DNA from: a virus
Lineage: Duplodnaviria > Heunggongvirae > Uroviricota > Caudoviricetes
Direction: 5' to 3' (one strand)
IMG/VR virus record: IMGVR_UViG_3300045996_002451
Span: 147,172 to 211,171 of that record
Length of the DNA stretch: 64,000 nucleotides
Shown: positions 27,269 through 36,922 of the stretch, in pieces
Layout of the letters: every line of letters begins with the position of its first letter
Numbering within the stretch: position 1 is the stretch's first letter
The notes under the pieces: generated by a model
What the model was told of the DNA's origin: nothing
Database searches by the model: none
Seen by the model: only the letters and a program-made list of their open reading frames with translations
Position numbers and translations under genes: made by a program

Positions 27269-29530
27269 ATGATTGCACGCCTGCAGAAAACTAAGCTCGT
27301 GGAGGAGATCCTCCTTAAAACGTTACAGTCCGGCGTCTACCCGGAGACGTCCAGCGTCCTGGAAGAGGTGCAGGCCCAACTGGGGAACCGGGCGTTCGGA
27401 AAACCGTTGACCCGGCTGCGACCCGCAGTACCCGGCAGACCGATCGGAAACACCCTCGGCACGGATCTGTACCTCACCCAGCTTGAGCTACGCGAAGATC
27501 TCGAGACCCTGTACACTGGGTTGATTAACCTCTCGGCGCGCGCGGTGGATGCCTACTCGATCTTTTCCGTGCGCCGGGACCGGCTCAGCTTGAAGATGGC
27601 GCAGCTCAAGGTGCAGGCCGGGACCATGCTGGCCCAGGTCTCTGCGGGCAGCCGGGCCTCGGTCAGCGACTCGTTCAATACGCTGGAGCATGTCGATCTG
27701 GACCGGACCAACGCCTACCTCGAACTGAACGAGGGCGTGGCCACCTTGAAGCCGGACAACGCGCAAAGCGTCGCTTACGACGGACGCCGGATCCGGGTCA
27801 CCCAACTGAACCGCCCGCTGGGAGCCGTGGAACTGGGGATGCCGTTCAGCGCGGTCTTTACCGCCTACCGGACCGATGCCTGGTACGTACAGGTCCCCAG
27901 CCTGGAAAGTGAATACGACGTAGTCGTCTCGGTTACGGGCGCAGACTACGAGCAGGGAGATACCGAAGAGGTTGAGGTCAACGCGCTGCGCGTGCAGCCG
28001 ACCGGTCCGCTCAAGCTGCGCCTGCAGTGGAGTCCGGACGGGTTCAACTGGCATGAGTTGGAGCCGGGCGTAGACACCCTGGTCACAGACCAGCGGACCT
28101 TCCACTTCCAGACCATTCGGGCCGGTTACCTGCGCCTGCGTCTCAAGCCCAGCGGCGGCGTCAGCAACAACGCCTACGTCCTGGGTCTCAAGAAGATCGA
28201 GCTGTTCCAGCGCGGGTATAACACCCAGACCACCCTCTACTCCCAGGAGTGGACGTTCTCGCAACCGGTACATACGGTGGTGGCGGAACTGGAAAAGGAA
28301 ACGCCCAGCGGTACGCGGATCGACAGCTACTTGGCGCAGAACCCGGACGGTCCCTGGATCAAGATCGGCAACGGCCCGGTAGCGTTTGGCACGGTGCGGG
28401 CGCCGCAGATCACCTTGAAAGACTTCAACCCGGAAAGCGACCTGAAGCGGTTCTACTACAGCACGGTGCCGGATCAGTACGTACTGCCGGAATCTGGAGA
28501 GCTGTGGGGCGGACGCAATCAGGTGCACCTCTCCGCGTTCCCCTGGAACTGGAACGCCAGCATGGACCGCGACCACCTGCCGATGCGCGAAGACTGGCAA
28601 CAGCCGCGCGGTGTGGTGCGGCAAGGGATCTTCGGTAACCGCGGCGAGCTTTCTTCTGCCGACGCCGTCGAGGACGGTTGGGTGGAAGACCGCAACCCGC
28701 TCGCGTTCCAAGAGTACAACGGTGAAAGCTACAGCGTCCTGGCCGTCACCCAGAGCGACGGCGAGTTCTCCCTGCAGCCGGGGTACAACTACCGCGTGCG
28801 CTCCTACCTGTACTGCAGCACGCCGCTTACCCTGGAAGGGCAGAAGATCGGCGTAGTGAACCCCGCGGATACCGGGGGCATCAGCAGCGCCGTCGTAGCG
28901 CCGCACAGTCTTTACCTGAACGGGGTCAAGGTGTACGAGCGCAAGGACTGCGTCCTTTCCCTGGACAACCTGACCGAAAGTTACCAGGCCACGCTGCCGT
29001 TGCAGCAAGGGTGGAACGAGCTGGAACTGCTGGTGCAGATTCCGGCAGACTTGCCCACGCTGCGTGAGACAGAAGATAGCGGCGTCTCCTCAGGTGGGAT
29101 CTACCTCTACTTCCAGCCGGATGTCTTCAACCACATCGACTCCATCATCACGGAAAGCCGCGCTTACCGCGAGCCCTGGAAGAAAGTCAGCGAGTTTGAT
29201 CTCCGCTACAACGTAGCTCCAGGTCGACGGGAAGTCTGGAGTTGGTGGAGGGACGCGACGACCGATGCGGTCTCCGGCGTCCTGTTTAACCACAACCCTG
29301 CGAACCCTACGTCGGGGTCTGTGGACTTCGATGAGGATGCTCCGTTCTACACCGTAGACGGACTGAACGCCGGGCGCGTGGTCGAGCTGGAACTGCGCTA
29401 CACCGTCGAGCGGACCGACCTGGATACCGACATCTATCCACGTAGCCTTTGGTTCCGCGCTGACCTGTCCAAGGACCCGGACGCGACCAGTCCGCCGCTC
29501 CTACACGGCTACCGGCTCATCGTGAACTAG
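27269..29530 (+). CDS. Large virion-associated protein.
   Basis: 753 aa. Contains 'LRLRLKPSGGVSNNAYVLGLKKIELFQ'. Same operon as the discoidin-like proteins. Confidence 0.45.
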   Translation: MIARLQKTKLVEEILLKTLQSGVYPETSSVLEEVQAQLGNRAFGKPLTRLRPAVPGRPIGNTLGTDLYLTQLELREDLETLYTGLINLSARAVDAYSIFSVRRDRLSLKMAQLKVQAGTMLAQVSAGSRASVSDSFNTLEHVDLDRTNAYLELNEGVATLKPDNAQSVAYDGRRIRVTQLNRPLGAVELGMPFSAVFTAYRTDAWYVQVPSLESEYDVVVSVTGADYEQGDTEEVEVNALRVQPTGPLKLRLQWSPDGFNWHELEPGVDTLVTDQRTFHFQTIRAGYLRLRLKPSGGVSNNAYVLGLKKIELFQRGYNTQTTLYSQEWTFSQPVHTVVAELEKETPSGTRIDSYLAQNPDGPWIKIGNGPVAFGTVRAPQITLKDFNPESDLKRFYYSTVPDQYVLPESGELWGGRNQVHLSAFPWNWNASMDRDHLPMREDWQQPRGVVRQGIFGNRGELSSADAVEDGWVEDRNPLAFQEYNGESYSVLAVTQSDGEFSLQPGYNYRVRSYLYCSTPLTLEGQKIGVVNPADTGGISSAVVAPHSLYLNGVKVYERKDCVLSLDNLTESYQATLPLQQGWNELELLVQIPADLPTLRETEDSGVSSGGIYLYFQPDVFNHIDSIITESRAYREPWKKVSEFDLRYNVAPGRREVWSWWRDATTDAVSGVLFNHNPANPTSGSVDFDEDAPFYTVDGLNAGRVVELELRYTVERTDLDTDIYPRSLWFRADLSKDPDATSPPLLHGYRLIVN

Positions 29531-29566
29531 GGGAACATTACATGTCTCTCAAAGATTGGAGTTGAT

Positions 29567-30010
29567 ATGGAAACCTTTATCCCCGTTCCGCCCATGCGTC
29601 CCGCAGCCTGTCTAACCACCACAAAAGGTCTAGGTTTTAACTGTACGTACGAACAGTACCCCAGTGCCGAAGCTTGGTTCCAGGCCCGCATCGGGGTAGA
29701 CAAGTTCACCCAAAGCTTGACCGACCTCCTTAATAAGCACCAAGCCGTGCTCAAGGCCAACGACCTTTGCGCGCGCCTGATCTTCGAGGCCCTGCTCCTC
29801 ACCGCGATGATCACCAATATGGGAGATGTAGGGCATCCCTACCTCGAGTTCATGGTACGCGGTGGGGGCAAAGACACAATGGACTTTTCCAGTTTGGATA
29901 TCCTGGTCGCGGAGATCCATGACGCGTACACCGATCGGGTCTTTCTGAAGGTCCGTATCACACGTGATCCGGAAAGTGACCAACTCCTCATCACCTCGGT
30001 TACCACCTAA
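29567..30010 (+). CDS. Hypothetical protein.
   Basis: 147-aa ORF. An upstream 'GGGGAACATTACATG' motif C variant lies at 29530. Confidence 0.4.
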   Translation: METFIPVPPMRPAACLTTTKGLGFNCTYEQYPSAEAWFQARIGVDKFTQSLTDLLNKHQAVLKANDLCARLIFEALLLTAMITNMGDVGHPYLEFMVRGGGKDTMDFSSLDILVAEIHDAYTDRVFLKVRITRDPESDQLLITSVTT

Positions 30011-30019
30011 CCGCTCGCT

Positions 30020-30033
30020 GGTACACGGGTAAC
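30020..30033. promoter_or_regulatory. Motif A variant (GGTACACGGGTAAC).
   Basis: Abuts the ATG at 30035. Confidence 0.4.
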
Positions 30034-30034
30034 A

Positions 30035-30259
30035 ATGATGTTCCCTTTCTGTCTGGATGATGCTCAGACCCTGCTCGCACTTGAAGCCGTCACCCGTATC
30101 CACCAAGAAGAAATCCTGCAAGTCAGCGCGATGTTGCAGGCTCCGATGGATAGAGAGTGGGCTGAAAATCTTCGTTACCACCGGGATCGTCGCAACGTCT
30201 CCCACGAAGTGATGGAGATCCTGAAAGAAGGACTACCAGATGCAGAGCCAGAAGGCTAA
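30035..30259 (+). CDS. Hypothetical small protein.
   Basis: 74 aa. The ATG directly follows a motif A variant ('GGTACACGGGTAACAATGATG'). Confidence 0.3.
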   Translation: MMFPFCLDDAQTLLALEAVTRIHQEEILQVSAMLQAPMDREWAENLRYHRDRRNVSHEVMEILKEGLPDAEPEG

Positions 30260-30470
30260 TCATCGCAAGCGCGGTTACCGAGAGAGCCGGACGTTTGTCA
30301 GCCGAGGTAAGCTGGCGGCGTCCGATCTCGCTCGCTTGCGTCAGGCGCAGCAGGTGAATGAACAAACTGCGCTGGAACTGCGCGACCTCTTTGTAGCGCC
30401 GCGGGAAACCTCCGTCAGTGCAGTTCAACACCTGCGCGCTCAACTTGCGTTTTACCTCAGAAACAACTAA
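30240..30470 (+). CDS. Hypothetical small protein.
   Basis: 76-aa ORF overlapping the previous gene by 20 nt. Confidence 0.3.
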   Translation: MQSQKANHRKRGYRESRTFVSRGKLAASDLARLRQAQQVNEQTALELRDLFVAPRETSVSAVQHLRAQLAFYLRNN

Positions 30471-30473
30471 GCC

Positions 30474-31535
30474 ATGGCCAACGAACAGCTTCGCTCCGCC
30501 CGCTCCCTCATGGAGACGGCAGACCTGGATACGATGCAGGCCGGGGGCCCCAGCAGCAGCACGCTCCTCAATGAGCAGCAGGCGTCCTTACTGACCGACC
30601 TGGTGGAACTGGATCGTCGCACCAGCGAGACGGAAACGGAGCTGGACCTGGCGACGCTTCTTTTCACGCACCAAAACTCGGCGCTGGCAGCACTACTGAC
30701 CAGCTTGGAGAGTCAGCTCCCGGCCACCTCCGAAACCTGGCTGGCCGACTTCTACACAGACAGCTACGTAGATGCGTCCACCACGGCAGAACACTCGGTG
30801 GAGTACGGTCAGGTGACGCTGCCGATTCTGCGTACGCAGGAAAACCTGGTGGGGTTCGACAGCCGCGAGCAGATCTGGGTACCGAAGACCACCCGCATCG
30901 CCTATGCCACCAGCGACGAAACGCCGGAAGAACAGGAATGGCTTTTCGACGACCGCGCGGTCTACGCCCTGGACGGGCGCAAAGATACGACGTGGTGGCG
31001 CGCGCGTCCTACGACGGAGGTCGTCTGGGTACGGGTGCAGGTCCCGGCGAACCTGAACGCTAGTCGTCTTTCCAATTGCATCATCCTCCACGCGTTTCCC
31101 TCCTTTGGGGCGGCACTGCTCTCCCTAGAGTACCGCGATCCGGCAGGTAACTGGACCGCGGCAGACCTTTCCTACCTGCCCGGTTGGGACGAGACGCAGG
31201 TGCAGAACATCGCCAACCTGCGCCTCTGGCTACCGCCGACCCAGATCACGGAGTTCCGGCTCAAGCTCGACCTGTCCGGCACGCAAGCCGATCTCTGGGG
31301 GTTCTCGAACATCCAACTCCAGTGGGTGGAGTTCCAGCCGTCGGCTACCTTGGTGGTAGACTACAGTCAACATTCTCCGCCTACCCTCGAAACCATCACG
31401 GTACTGGGTAAGGATCAGGATGCGCTGGAGTACCTGACGCAGAACCTGGTCGGTCCGCAAGTCTCGATCGGGTTGACGCAGGTCAGCCAGGGTACTACCC
31501 CGGTAATCACCGGTGTCCAGGTCGAAGCTGCGTAA
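30474..31535 (+). CDS. Discoidin-like domain protein.
   Basis: 'VYALDGRKDTTWWRARPTTEVVWVRVQVP' is a classic F5/8-type-C-like motif. 353 aa. Last gene before the hairpin at 31573. Confidence 0.45.
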   Translation: MANEQLRSARSLMETADLDTMQAGGPSSSTLLNEQQASLLTDLVELDRRTSETETELDLATLLFTHQNSALAALLTSLESQLPATSETWLADFYTDSYVDASTTAEHSVEYGQVTLPILRTQENLVGFDSREQIWVPKTTRIAYATSDETPEEQEWLFDDRAVYALDGRKDTTWWRARPTTEVVWVRVQVPANLNASRLSNCIILHAFPSFGAALLSLEYRDPAGNWTAADLSYLPGWDETQVQNIANLRLWLPPTQITEFRLKLDLSGTQADLWGFSNIQLQWVEFQPSATLVVDYSQHSPPTLETITVLGKDQDALEYLTQNLVGPQVSIGLTQVSQGTTPVITGVQVEAA

Positions 31536-31562
31536 AATAACTGCGTCGCCTTTGTCCATTTT

Positions 31563-31571
31563 GGGTAACAT
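31563..31571 (+). promoter_or_regulatory. Motif C (GGGTAACAT) followed by a hairpin.
   Basis: TGGGTAACATATAGTG, then an 11-bp-stem hairpin at 31573-31603. Confidence 0.4.
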
Positions 31572-31625
31572 ATAGTGCCTACTGAATCGCTAAGTAGGCA
31601 CTACGGATACTTAAAGGAACACTCA

Positions 31626-32555
31626 ATGGAACAGACAAAAGGGCGCTGGGTTCAGATCGGTCGAGCTGATTCGCGCGACATCCTCCTGGACATCACCGAC
31701 CCGGATGCGGACGGCGCGTTTTGGGATCGCTCGGAGGAGCGGCGCAAAAAGCAGAACAACGAACCGTTCAAGCGCGAACCGCGTTATGCGTTGACCCTGG
31801 TCAAGTACGACAAGTCCAAACCTGCGGGCAGCCGCGGTGAGGAGACGACGCACTGGCTGGAGGAGAACGCGTTGCTGCTCCTCATGCATGACATCCTCTC
31901 CCTTCGAAAAGGCGCAGAGAAAGAAGGCACCAACGGACGCAAGTTCCGAGAGCCGATCTGCCGCGACTACAAGGGAAGTCCGGAAGTCATCGAAGAGGGT
32001 AAACCCAAGGTCATGGTTTCCCGCAGTCTGACCGTCAAGTACAACGACGGACTCACCATGGGACCGGTCTACGAGTTCAACTTCATGAAGTGTGAAGGCG
32101 TAGCCAATGATCAGGGTGCCGTGGAACCCAAGAAGGGACCCGACGGCAAACCCGCCAAGGTCTTCTACGAAGGCGTGATCCGCGTTGGTACGGTCGGCAA
32201 CAAGCAGGGTGACTTTGTCCGCGAGATGGCGATGGGTGTCATCGAGTACATCCGGGCCAAGAAGTCGGCACAGCTCGCCCAGTTCCGCAACCAGTCAACC
32301 AAGTCGACTCCGTCTTACAGAGAGCGGCGACAAAACAACTACGAGCGTCCGGCGCCTCAGGAAGCGCCAGAACGCAACGTAGCTCCGCCCATCGGTCGCC
32401 AGGCTCCGGTAACGAGCCACGGTAACGGACGCCCACCGGTGGCAGAAACCGCTCCGGTACTCGCCGGTCCGGCTACCATCGACGATGGACAGTTTGACGA
32501 TCCGTTTTCGGAAGCCAACCTCGTGCCGCCGCCTCCGCCTAGCCGCGGCGGCTAG
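31626..32555 (+). CDS. Hypothetical protein with a disordered Pro/Gln-rich linker and an acidic 'DDGQFDDPF' C-terminal region (SSB-like tail). Function uncertain.
   Basis: ATG at 31626 with 'AAAGGAAC' upstream. The alternative GTG at 31575 lies inside a hairpin. The C-terminal architecture resembles SSB acidic tips. Confidence 0.35.
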   Translation: MEQTKGRWVQIGRADSRDILLDITDPDADGAFWDRSEERRKKQNNEPFKREPRYALTLVKYDKSKPAGSRGEETTHWLEENALLLLMHDILSLRKGAEKEGTNGRKFREPICRDYKGSPEVIEEGKPKVMVSRSLTVKYNDGLTMGPVYEFNFMKCEGVANDQGAVEPKKGPDGKPAKVFYEGVIRVGTVGNKQGDFVREMAMGVIEYIRAKKSAQLAQFRNQSTKSTPSYRERRQNNYERPAPQEAPERNVAPPIGRQAPVTSHGNGRPPVAETAPVLAGPATIDDGQFDDPFSEANLVPPPPPSRGG

Positions 32556-32561
32556 TCACGG

Positions 32562-32577
32562 TATGACGCGTCATACA
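32562..32577. promoter_or_regulatory. Motif B perfect palindrome (GTATGACGCGTCATAC).
   Basis: Immediately 5' of the 32580 terminator. Confidence 0.5.
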
Positions 32578-32579
32578 GC

Positions 32580-32607
32580 CCGAGAGATCGATCTCTCGGG
32601 CTTTTTC
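32580..32607 (+). terminator. Rho-independent terminator.
   Basis: Palindrome CCGAGAGATCGATCTCTCGG followed by GCTTTTTCTTG. Confidence 0.6.
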
Positions 32608-32613
32608 TTGTTC

Positions 32614-32622
32614 GGGTAACAT
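32614..32622 (+). promoter_or_regulatory. Motif C (GGGTAACAT) just after a terminator.
   Basis: CGGGTAACATC, ~95 nt upstream of the 32718 ATG. Confidence 0.35.
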
Positions 32623-32717
32623 CTTTCAGTGCACGTGCACACCCCGCTTCCGCTCCTTTTTTGCAAGCTGTACCCGGCCTCTGGTAAGGCGCCCCGGTTG
32701 GCCCTTTGGAGTATGTT

Positions 32718-33299
32718 ATGGCGTCGAGTCAACCACTCAATACGCACCCTTCGTTGAAGTCCTTAGCCGCAGACGAAGTAGAGATTGTCGTCAACTGGAT
32801 CCAGGATCTGGCCAAAGCTTCCCTAGAGCCGGACGCGCAGGTCCTCCTGCAAAACCTGGACAGCCTGATCTTCGGAAACAGCACCTCCGCCAAGTCCATT
32901 CCAGAACGTCTCCTGAACGAGATCAAGGACTGGCTGGACGAAGATGCGAACGAGGCTGGGATCCTCAACCTGTTGCAGCACGCCCTGGAGCGTGCAGGCA
33001 AGACGCGCTCTATCCCGCGCGCCACCCCGGAACAGATCAACATCATTCTGGAAAGCCAGGAAGAGGTCGGGGTCTTCTGGACCGTCGTCCAGCTTGAGGA
33101 CCTGACCCGCTGGCAAGCCGACACGATCATCAAAGGGTTGATCGTGCGCTCGGAAGTACGCCGGGCCACGGACTATTACGATTACCCGATCCGGCGCTTA
33201 CGCCGTGCGGTACGCGAAGAGCTGAACCTGGCCAAGGGTGAAGCAGCATCCGTACCGATTCGCCGCCCCGTGCGGCCCCACCTGGCCACGAACAGTTAA
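32718..33299 (+). CDS. Hypothetical protein.
   Basis: ATG at 32718 with GGAG 6 nt upstream. 194 aa. Confidence 0.4.
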   Translation: MASSQPLNTHPSLKSLAADEVEIVVNWIQDLAKASLEPDAQVLLQNLDSLIFGNSTSAKSIPERLLNEIKDWLDEDANEAGILNLLQHALERAGKTRSIPRATPEQINIILESQEEVGVFWTVVQLEDLTRWQADTIIKGLIVRSEVRRATDYYDYPIRRLRRAVREELNLAKGEAASVPIRRPVRPHLATNS

Positions 33300-33313
33300 C
33301 CCGAGAAACGTAG

Positions 33314-33709
33314 ATGCTCGACTTCATTTTCCAGAATGTGCCGCAAGTCACACCTCCTGCCGGGATGACGGTAGAGCAACTTGTTTCCGGTGTCGTCGGG
33401 ACGATGGTCCCGTTCCTCGCACAGATCGTGCGCAACCAAGTAATTGAGTTGAAGGGCTTGCAAGCGCTAGCCTTATCCATTATAGTGTCTGCAGTGCTCA
33501 CACTTTGGGGCTACCTAAGCCTGGACACCACCCCTACGACTGGTGAGTTCCTAACCAACCTAAGTGTGTGTTTCGCGAGCGCTCAGTTGGTTTACAATAG
33601 CTTGCAGAAAGGTGCTGTAAGCCAAGTGGCCAACCTAGCTGTAGGACTTCCTACCCTGACCGGAACCCCCCAACCGGAGCTGGAAAAGGAAGAGGCGCAG
33701 ACCGATTAA
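33314..33709 (+). CDS. Small membrane protein with 2-3 TM helices, a holin-like candidate.
   Basis: The hydrophobic segments 'GVVGTMVPFLAQIV', 'ALALSIIVSAVLTLWGYL' and 'LSVCFASAQLVY' are followed by a charged C-terminus. Confidence 0.35.
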   Translation: MLDFIFQNVPQVTPPAGMTVEQLVSGVVGTMVPFLAQIVRNQVIELKGLQALALSIIVSAVLTLWGYLSLDTTPTTGEFLTNLSVCFASAQLVYNSLQKGAVSQVANLAVGLPTLTGTPQPELEKEEAQTD

Positions 33710-33717
33710 CTCCTGCC

Positions 33718-33731
33718 GTTACCCGTGTAAC
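33718..33731. promoter_or_regulatory. Motif A (GTTACCCGTGTAAC).
   Basis: Intergenic, 16 nt upstream of the 33747 ATG. Confidence 0.5.
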
Positions 33732-33746
33732 CTTGTCCCGAAGTGA

Positions 33747-34442
33747 GTGTTGAAGATGCCTGCCCCGCGTAAGACCTCCACGAGCACCAAAGCGTTAGGC
33801 CCGGATGAGAAAATCGTCCAGCTCTTTTTCAAGAGTGTGGGCGCGCAGCTCGGTTATTACAACGCGCAGACCAAGTCGTTTAGCGACGACATGAAGATGC
33901 AGCCTCAATACCACACCACCCTCAAGGTGGTGCAGGAAGTCCTGACCAGCGGACAACTGAGCAGCAAGGAACTGGAGGACCTGATCCTCGACCGGTATCG
34001 TGCCGGGGAGCGTACGGTCAGTCTGGCCTCCCTGTTGCCCAAGCAGAAGAAGGCACTCGACGGTTCGGAGAACCTCCTAGAAGACGGGTTTACCTACGCT
34101 CATACGTACCTGTACGAGCGTACGAACCCGTCTTTTGCGATTGTGGGAGAGGGAATGGTCGCCACGGTTCCGGGTCGGGTCGCGTTGAAGAAGACCTTTA
34201 CCCTGGATGACCTGCTCACCTACTACTACGCCAAGACCGGGTGTGCCAAGGTTCCCGGTCGCAAGAACCGCGACCTGGGTGCGTTCCGTTACCTGCTCGA
34301 AGCGTATCCGCTCGACCGCGTGCTGCACGCCATTGACCTGGCTGGAGACATCGGGGTTCGGTCGGTACTCAAGTTAGAAGATCACATGGACGCCGCGGAA
34401 AAGGAAGTCAAGTACCTTGCCGCCCGTCGCCACGCCCTCTAA
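33747..34442 (+). CDS. Hypothetical protein.
   Basis: 231-aa ORF downstream of motif A at 33718. Confidence 0.4.
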   Translation: MLKMPAPRKTSTSTKALGPDEKIVQLFFKSVGAQLGYYNAQTKSFSDDMKMQPQYHTTLKVVQEVLTSGQLSSKELEDLILDRYRAGERTVSLASLLPKQKKALDGSENLLEDGFTYAHTYLYERTNPSFAIVGEGMVATVPGRVALKKTFTLDDLLTYYYAKTGCAKVPGRKNRDLGAFRYLLEAYPLDRVLHAIDLAGDIGVRSVLKLEDHMDAAEKEVKYLAARRHAL

Positions 34443-34452
34443 GGAGTTGATT

Positions 34453-34911
34453 ATGTCGTCCAAGTCTATTTACGAGATCCCTGCCGAACTGCGCGAAGCC
34501 GTGGCACAGATGGACAGCAACTGCGCCCTGGAAACCACCGTCTTTGATGCGATCGATGCGGCTGCCGACCTCCTCCAGTCCGTAGGCCTTGCGATGCGCC
34601 AGCGCAACCACCTCCAGCGCCAGATGAGCCTGGACACCTGTGGTGAAGGAGAACCGCTGGTGACCTACCTGGTAGAGATCAACAAGATGTTCAACCGCGT
34701 CGGCGTGCGCGTGCAAGCTCACCTCGAAGAGGGCATGAGCGCTGCCGTCGGGTTCGACAACGCAGAGTTCGGCACCGACTATGTGTTTGAGTTCGATGCG
34801 GACGGGCAGAACCGCCTAACGACTGCATCGGCCCAGAAGATGGAGCGGGAGTCGGGCAGCGATAAGGTAGCCGACATGTACCTGGCCGACACGGTCGGGG
34901 TGGAAGAGTAA
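34453..34911 (+). CDS. Hypothetical protein.
   Basis: ATG at 34453 preceded by AAGGAG. Confidence 0.4.
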   Translation: MSSKSIYEIPAELREAVAQMDSNCALETTVFDAIDAAADLLQSVGLAMRQRNHLQRQMSLDTCGEGEPLVTYLVEINKMFNRVGVRVQAHLEEGMSAAVGFDNAEFGTDYVFEFDADGQNRLTTASAQKMERESGSDKVADMYLADTVGVEE

Positions 34912-35531
34912 TGATCCTTTCCGATCAATGCATCCTCCGCGCACTGGAAGAACGGGGACTAGCCGTAGAGCCGCTAGAACTCGGTCATGTTGGTCCCAGT
35001 TCTTTTGATGTGCGTCTCGGAGTCGACCTGCAGCGCTTTCCCCGGAATGGAGACTGGGACAGCGAAGAGCTAGAAACGGTCTGGTGTCCGCGCTCCAAGC
35101 GTTATATTGGAGTGCTCGATCCGCTCAACCCCAAGTCTTTCCCGACGATGGTGCAGAACCGGATCAGCCGCGAAGCTCCGTACATCTTGATGCCCAACGA
35201 GTTCATCCTCGGCACTACCCTGGAGCGGGTAGTGATCCCCGCGGACCTGTGCGCGTTGGTAGATGGTCGGAGCAGCTACGGTCGACTCGGTCTGCTGGTG
35301 CACGCCACGGCAGGGTTCATCGACGCGGGGTTCGAGGGTCAGATCACCCTGGAAATTAAGAACTTGAACGACCACGCGATCAAGCTCTATCCCGGGGAAC
35401 GTTTGGGACAACTGCTGTTCTTTCAGCAGACCAGCCCGTCGCAAGTGCCCTATGGTCAGCGACCGGGCAGCAAGTATCAGGGTCAGACTGGGACCACGGC
35501 CAGTCGAGTTTGTTTGGATACTGAAAAGTAG
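34911..35531 (+). CDS. dcd: dCTP deaminase (dUTPase superfamily).
   Basis: 'MILSDQCILRALEERGLAVEP' is the canonical Dcd N-terminus. 'GFIDAGFEGQITLEIKN' is the conserved Dcd/dUTPase motif. Confidence 0.75.
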   Translation: MILSDQCILRALEERGLAVEPLELGHVGPSSFDVRLGVDLQRFPRNGDWDSEELETVWCPRSKRYIGVLDPLNPKSFPTMVQNRISREAPYILMPNEFILGTTLERVVIPADLCALVDGRSSYGRLGLLVHATAGFIDAGFEGQITLEIKNLNDHAIKLYPGERLGQLLFFQQTSPSQVPYGQRPGSKYQGQTGTTASRVCLDTEK

Positions 35532-35546
35532 TTTACGGAGTTTACG

Positions 35547-36569
35547 TTGCCACCTGCTGTTGCCTCCTCCCCGTTGCGTATCGGTCAGCCCGGGGGAAAC
35601 ATTTTTGACGCGCTAGAGACGAGTTGGTATCTGCGTGACTTCCACGACCGCGGTCTGCAGGTCACGGAGCCCCACTGGAACTTCGGCCAGTTCGAGAAGC
35701 TCGGAGCGTCCCTTCCCCAGCTCCGTGCCGGGATCTGGTACCACATTGCCCCGGAGAACGTGGGTAAGTCCATGTGGATGATCAACCTGGCGTGGCAGAT
35801 CCTGCAGAACAACGAGAACTGTTACTGGCTCGATTTCTCGCTGGATGACAGCAAGGACATGCGCTACAGCTACATCCTGGCGCGCACCGGGGAGATGCCG
35901 ATCGGACTAACCCTCCGGGCCGGAGATGCGTCGCTGGAGGACCGCCAACTGCGCACTTCGGAGATCGGGAAGTTCGCCAAGAACTGGTCCACGCGCCACA
36001 AGGTCTTTGCTACCTATCGTCAGAAGGACGGTCAGCCGGTAGAACCGCCGCGCCACGCGGAGCGGATCATCGACTGCATCAAGGAAGCCCGCAAGCAGAT
36101 CGGTCCGGACGCCAAGCTATGGGTCACCATCGACGGGTTCCACGACATTCGCCTGGAAGCCCGCGCCCAGGACGAAAACGAGCGTCAGCGCATCAAGAGC
36201 CAGATGTTCAAGGATGCGGCTCCGATGTACGACGCCATGATCATGATGAGCGCGCACTGCCGCAAGGACAGTCGCCGCCGTGGTATGAACGCCGACTCTT
36301 TCAAGGGGGATGACTCGGTGCTCTACGACGCGGTCGTCGTTACCACGGTTTACTCCGACGTGAACCTGAACCGCGAAGCCGCCGAACTCTCCTGGCAGCA
36401 GGAAGGTTCCGAGCGCAAGCTGCCGGTCCACGAGATCGATATCCAGAAGAACAAAGCGGGCGGGAACAAGGACGTTCTCTTCTACAACTTCCTGCCAGAA
36501 CGCTGCTGGGACTTCGAAGTAGACGAGGCTACCCAGACCTTCTACCGCAGCCTACTCTTCGGAGGTTAA
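35547..36569 (+). CDS. RecA-superfamily P-loop ATPase (DnaB-C / AAA_25-like), a putative replication helicase or loader.
   Basis: Walker A-like 'APENVGKS' and Walker B-like 'LWVTIDGFHD'. TTG start with ACGGAG upstream. Confidence 0.4.
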   Translation: MPPAVASSPLRIGQPGGNIFDALETSWYLRDFHDRGLQVTEPHWNFGQFEKLGASLPQLRAGIWYHIAPENVGKSMWMINLAWQILQNNENCYWLDFSLDDSKDMRYSYILARTGEMPIGLTLRAGDASLEDRQLRTSEIGKFAKNWSTRHKVFATYRQKDGQPVEPPRHAERIIDCIKEARKQIGPDAKLWVTIDGFHDIRLEARAQDENERQRIKSQMFKDAAPMYDAMIMMSAHCRKDSRRRGMNADSFKGDDSVLYDAVVVTTVYSDVNLNREAAELSWQQEGSERKLPVHEIDIQKNKAGGNKDVLFYNFLPERCWDFEVDEATQTFYRSLLFGG

Positions 36570-36592
36570 CTCCGAGAAAGGAGGGACCCACC

Positions 36593-36922
36593 GTGAAGCG
36601 CCCCCCTAGTTTCACGACGTGGGTCCGCCGCCAGGCAGGTCGCGACGACCTGATCGGTGACGTCGGACGCGCCGCGCAGAAAGAGGACTGGCCTCTCTGG
36701 GCATGGAAGCGGGAACACTACGCCGCTCACCTGCGCACTCATTCCTTTCGCAGCGCACAAAAAGCCCTGCGTATGGCCTGGTCCGAGTTCCAAGCAGAAC
36801 TGGAACGGCTAACAAAGCGGGAACCCCATGGCCGACAAAGAGACCCCCGACCAGACCCTGGACTTGATGGTCAAGTTACCGTCAGTGTACCAGTCCACTT
36901 TCCACCCTCTGTACAACGCTGA
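36593..36922 (+). CDS. Hypothetical protein.
   Basis: GTG-start ORF overlapping the next gene by ~95 nt. Boundaries uncertain. Confidence 0.25.
   Translation: MKRPPSFTTWVRRQAGRDDLIGDVGRAAQKEDWPLWAWKREHYAAHLRTHSFRSAQKALRMAWSEFQAELERLTKREPHGRQRDPRPDPGLDGQVTVSVPVHFPPSVQR

Noticed and set aside
27488-29008. 506-aa - strand ORF.
   Set aside because: Antisense to the 753-aa structural gene. Composition and context indicate an artefact.
29542-29565. ATG at 29542 directly after GGGGAACATTAC (M-S-L-K-D-W-S-stop).
   Set aside because: Only 7 codons before a stop. It is more likely part of the 5' region of the 29567 gene than a real gene. The motif is kept as an observation.
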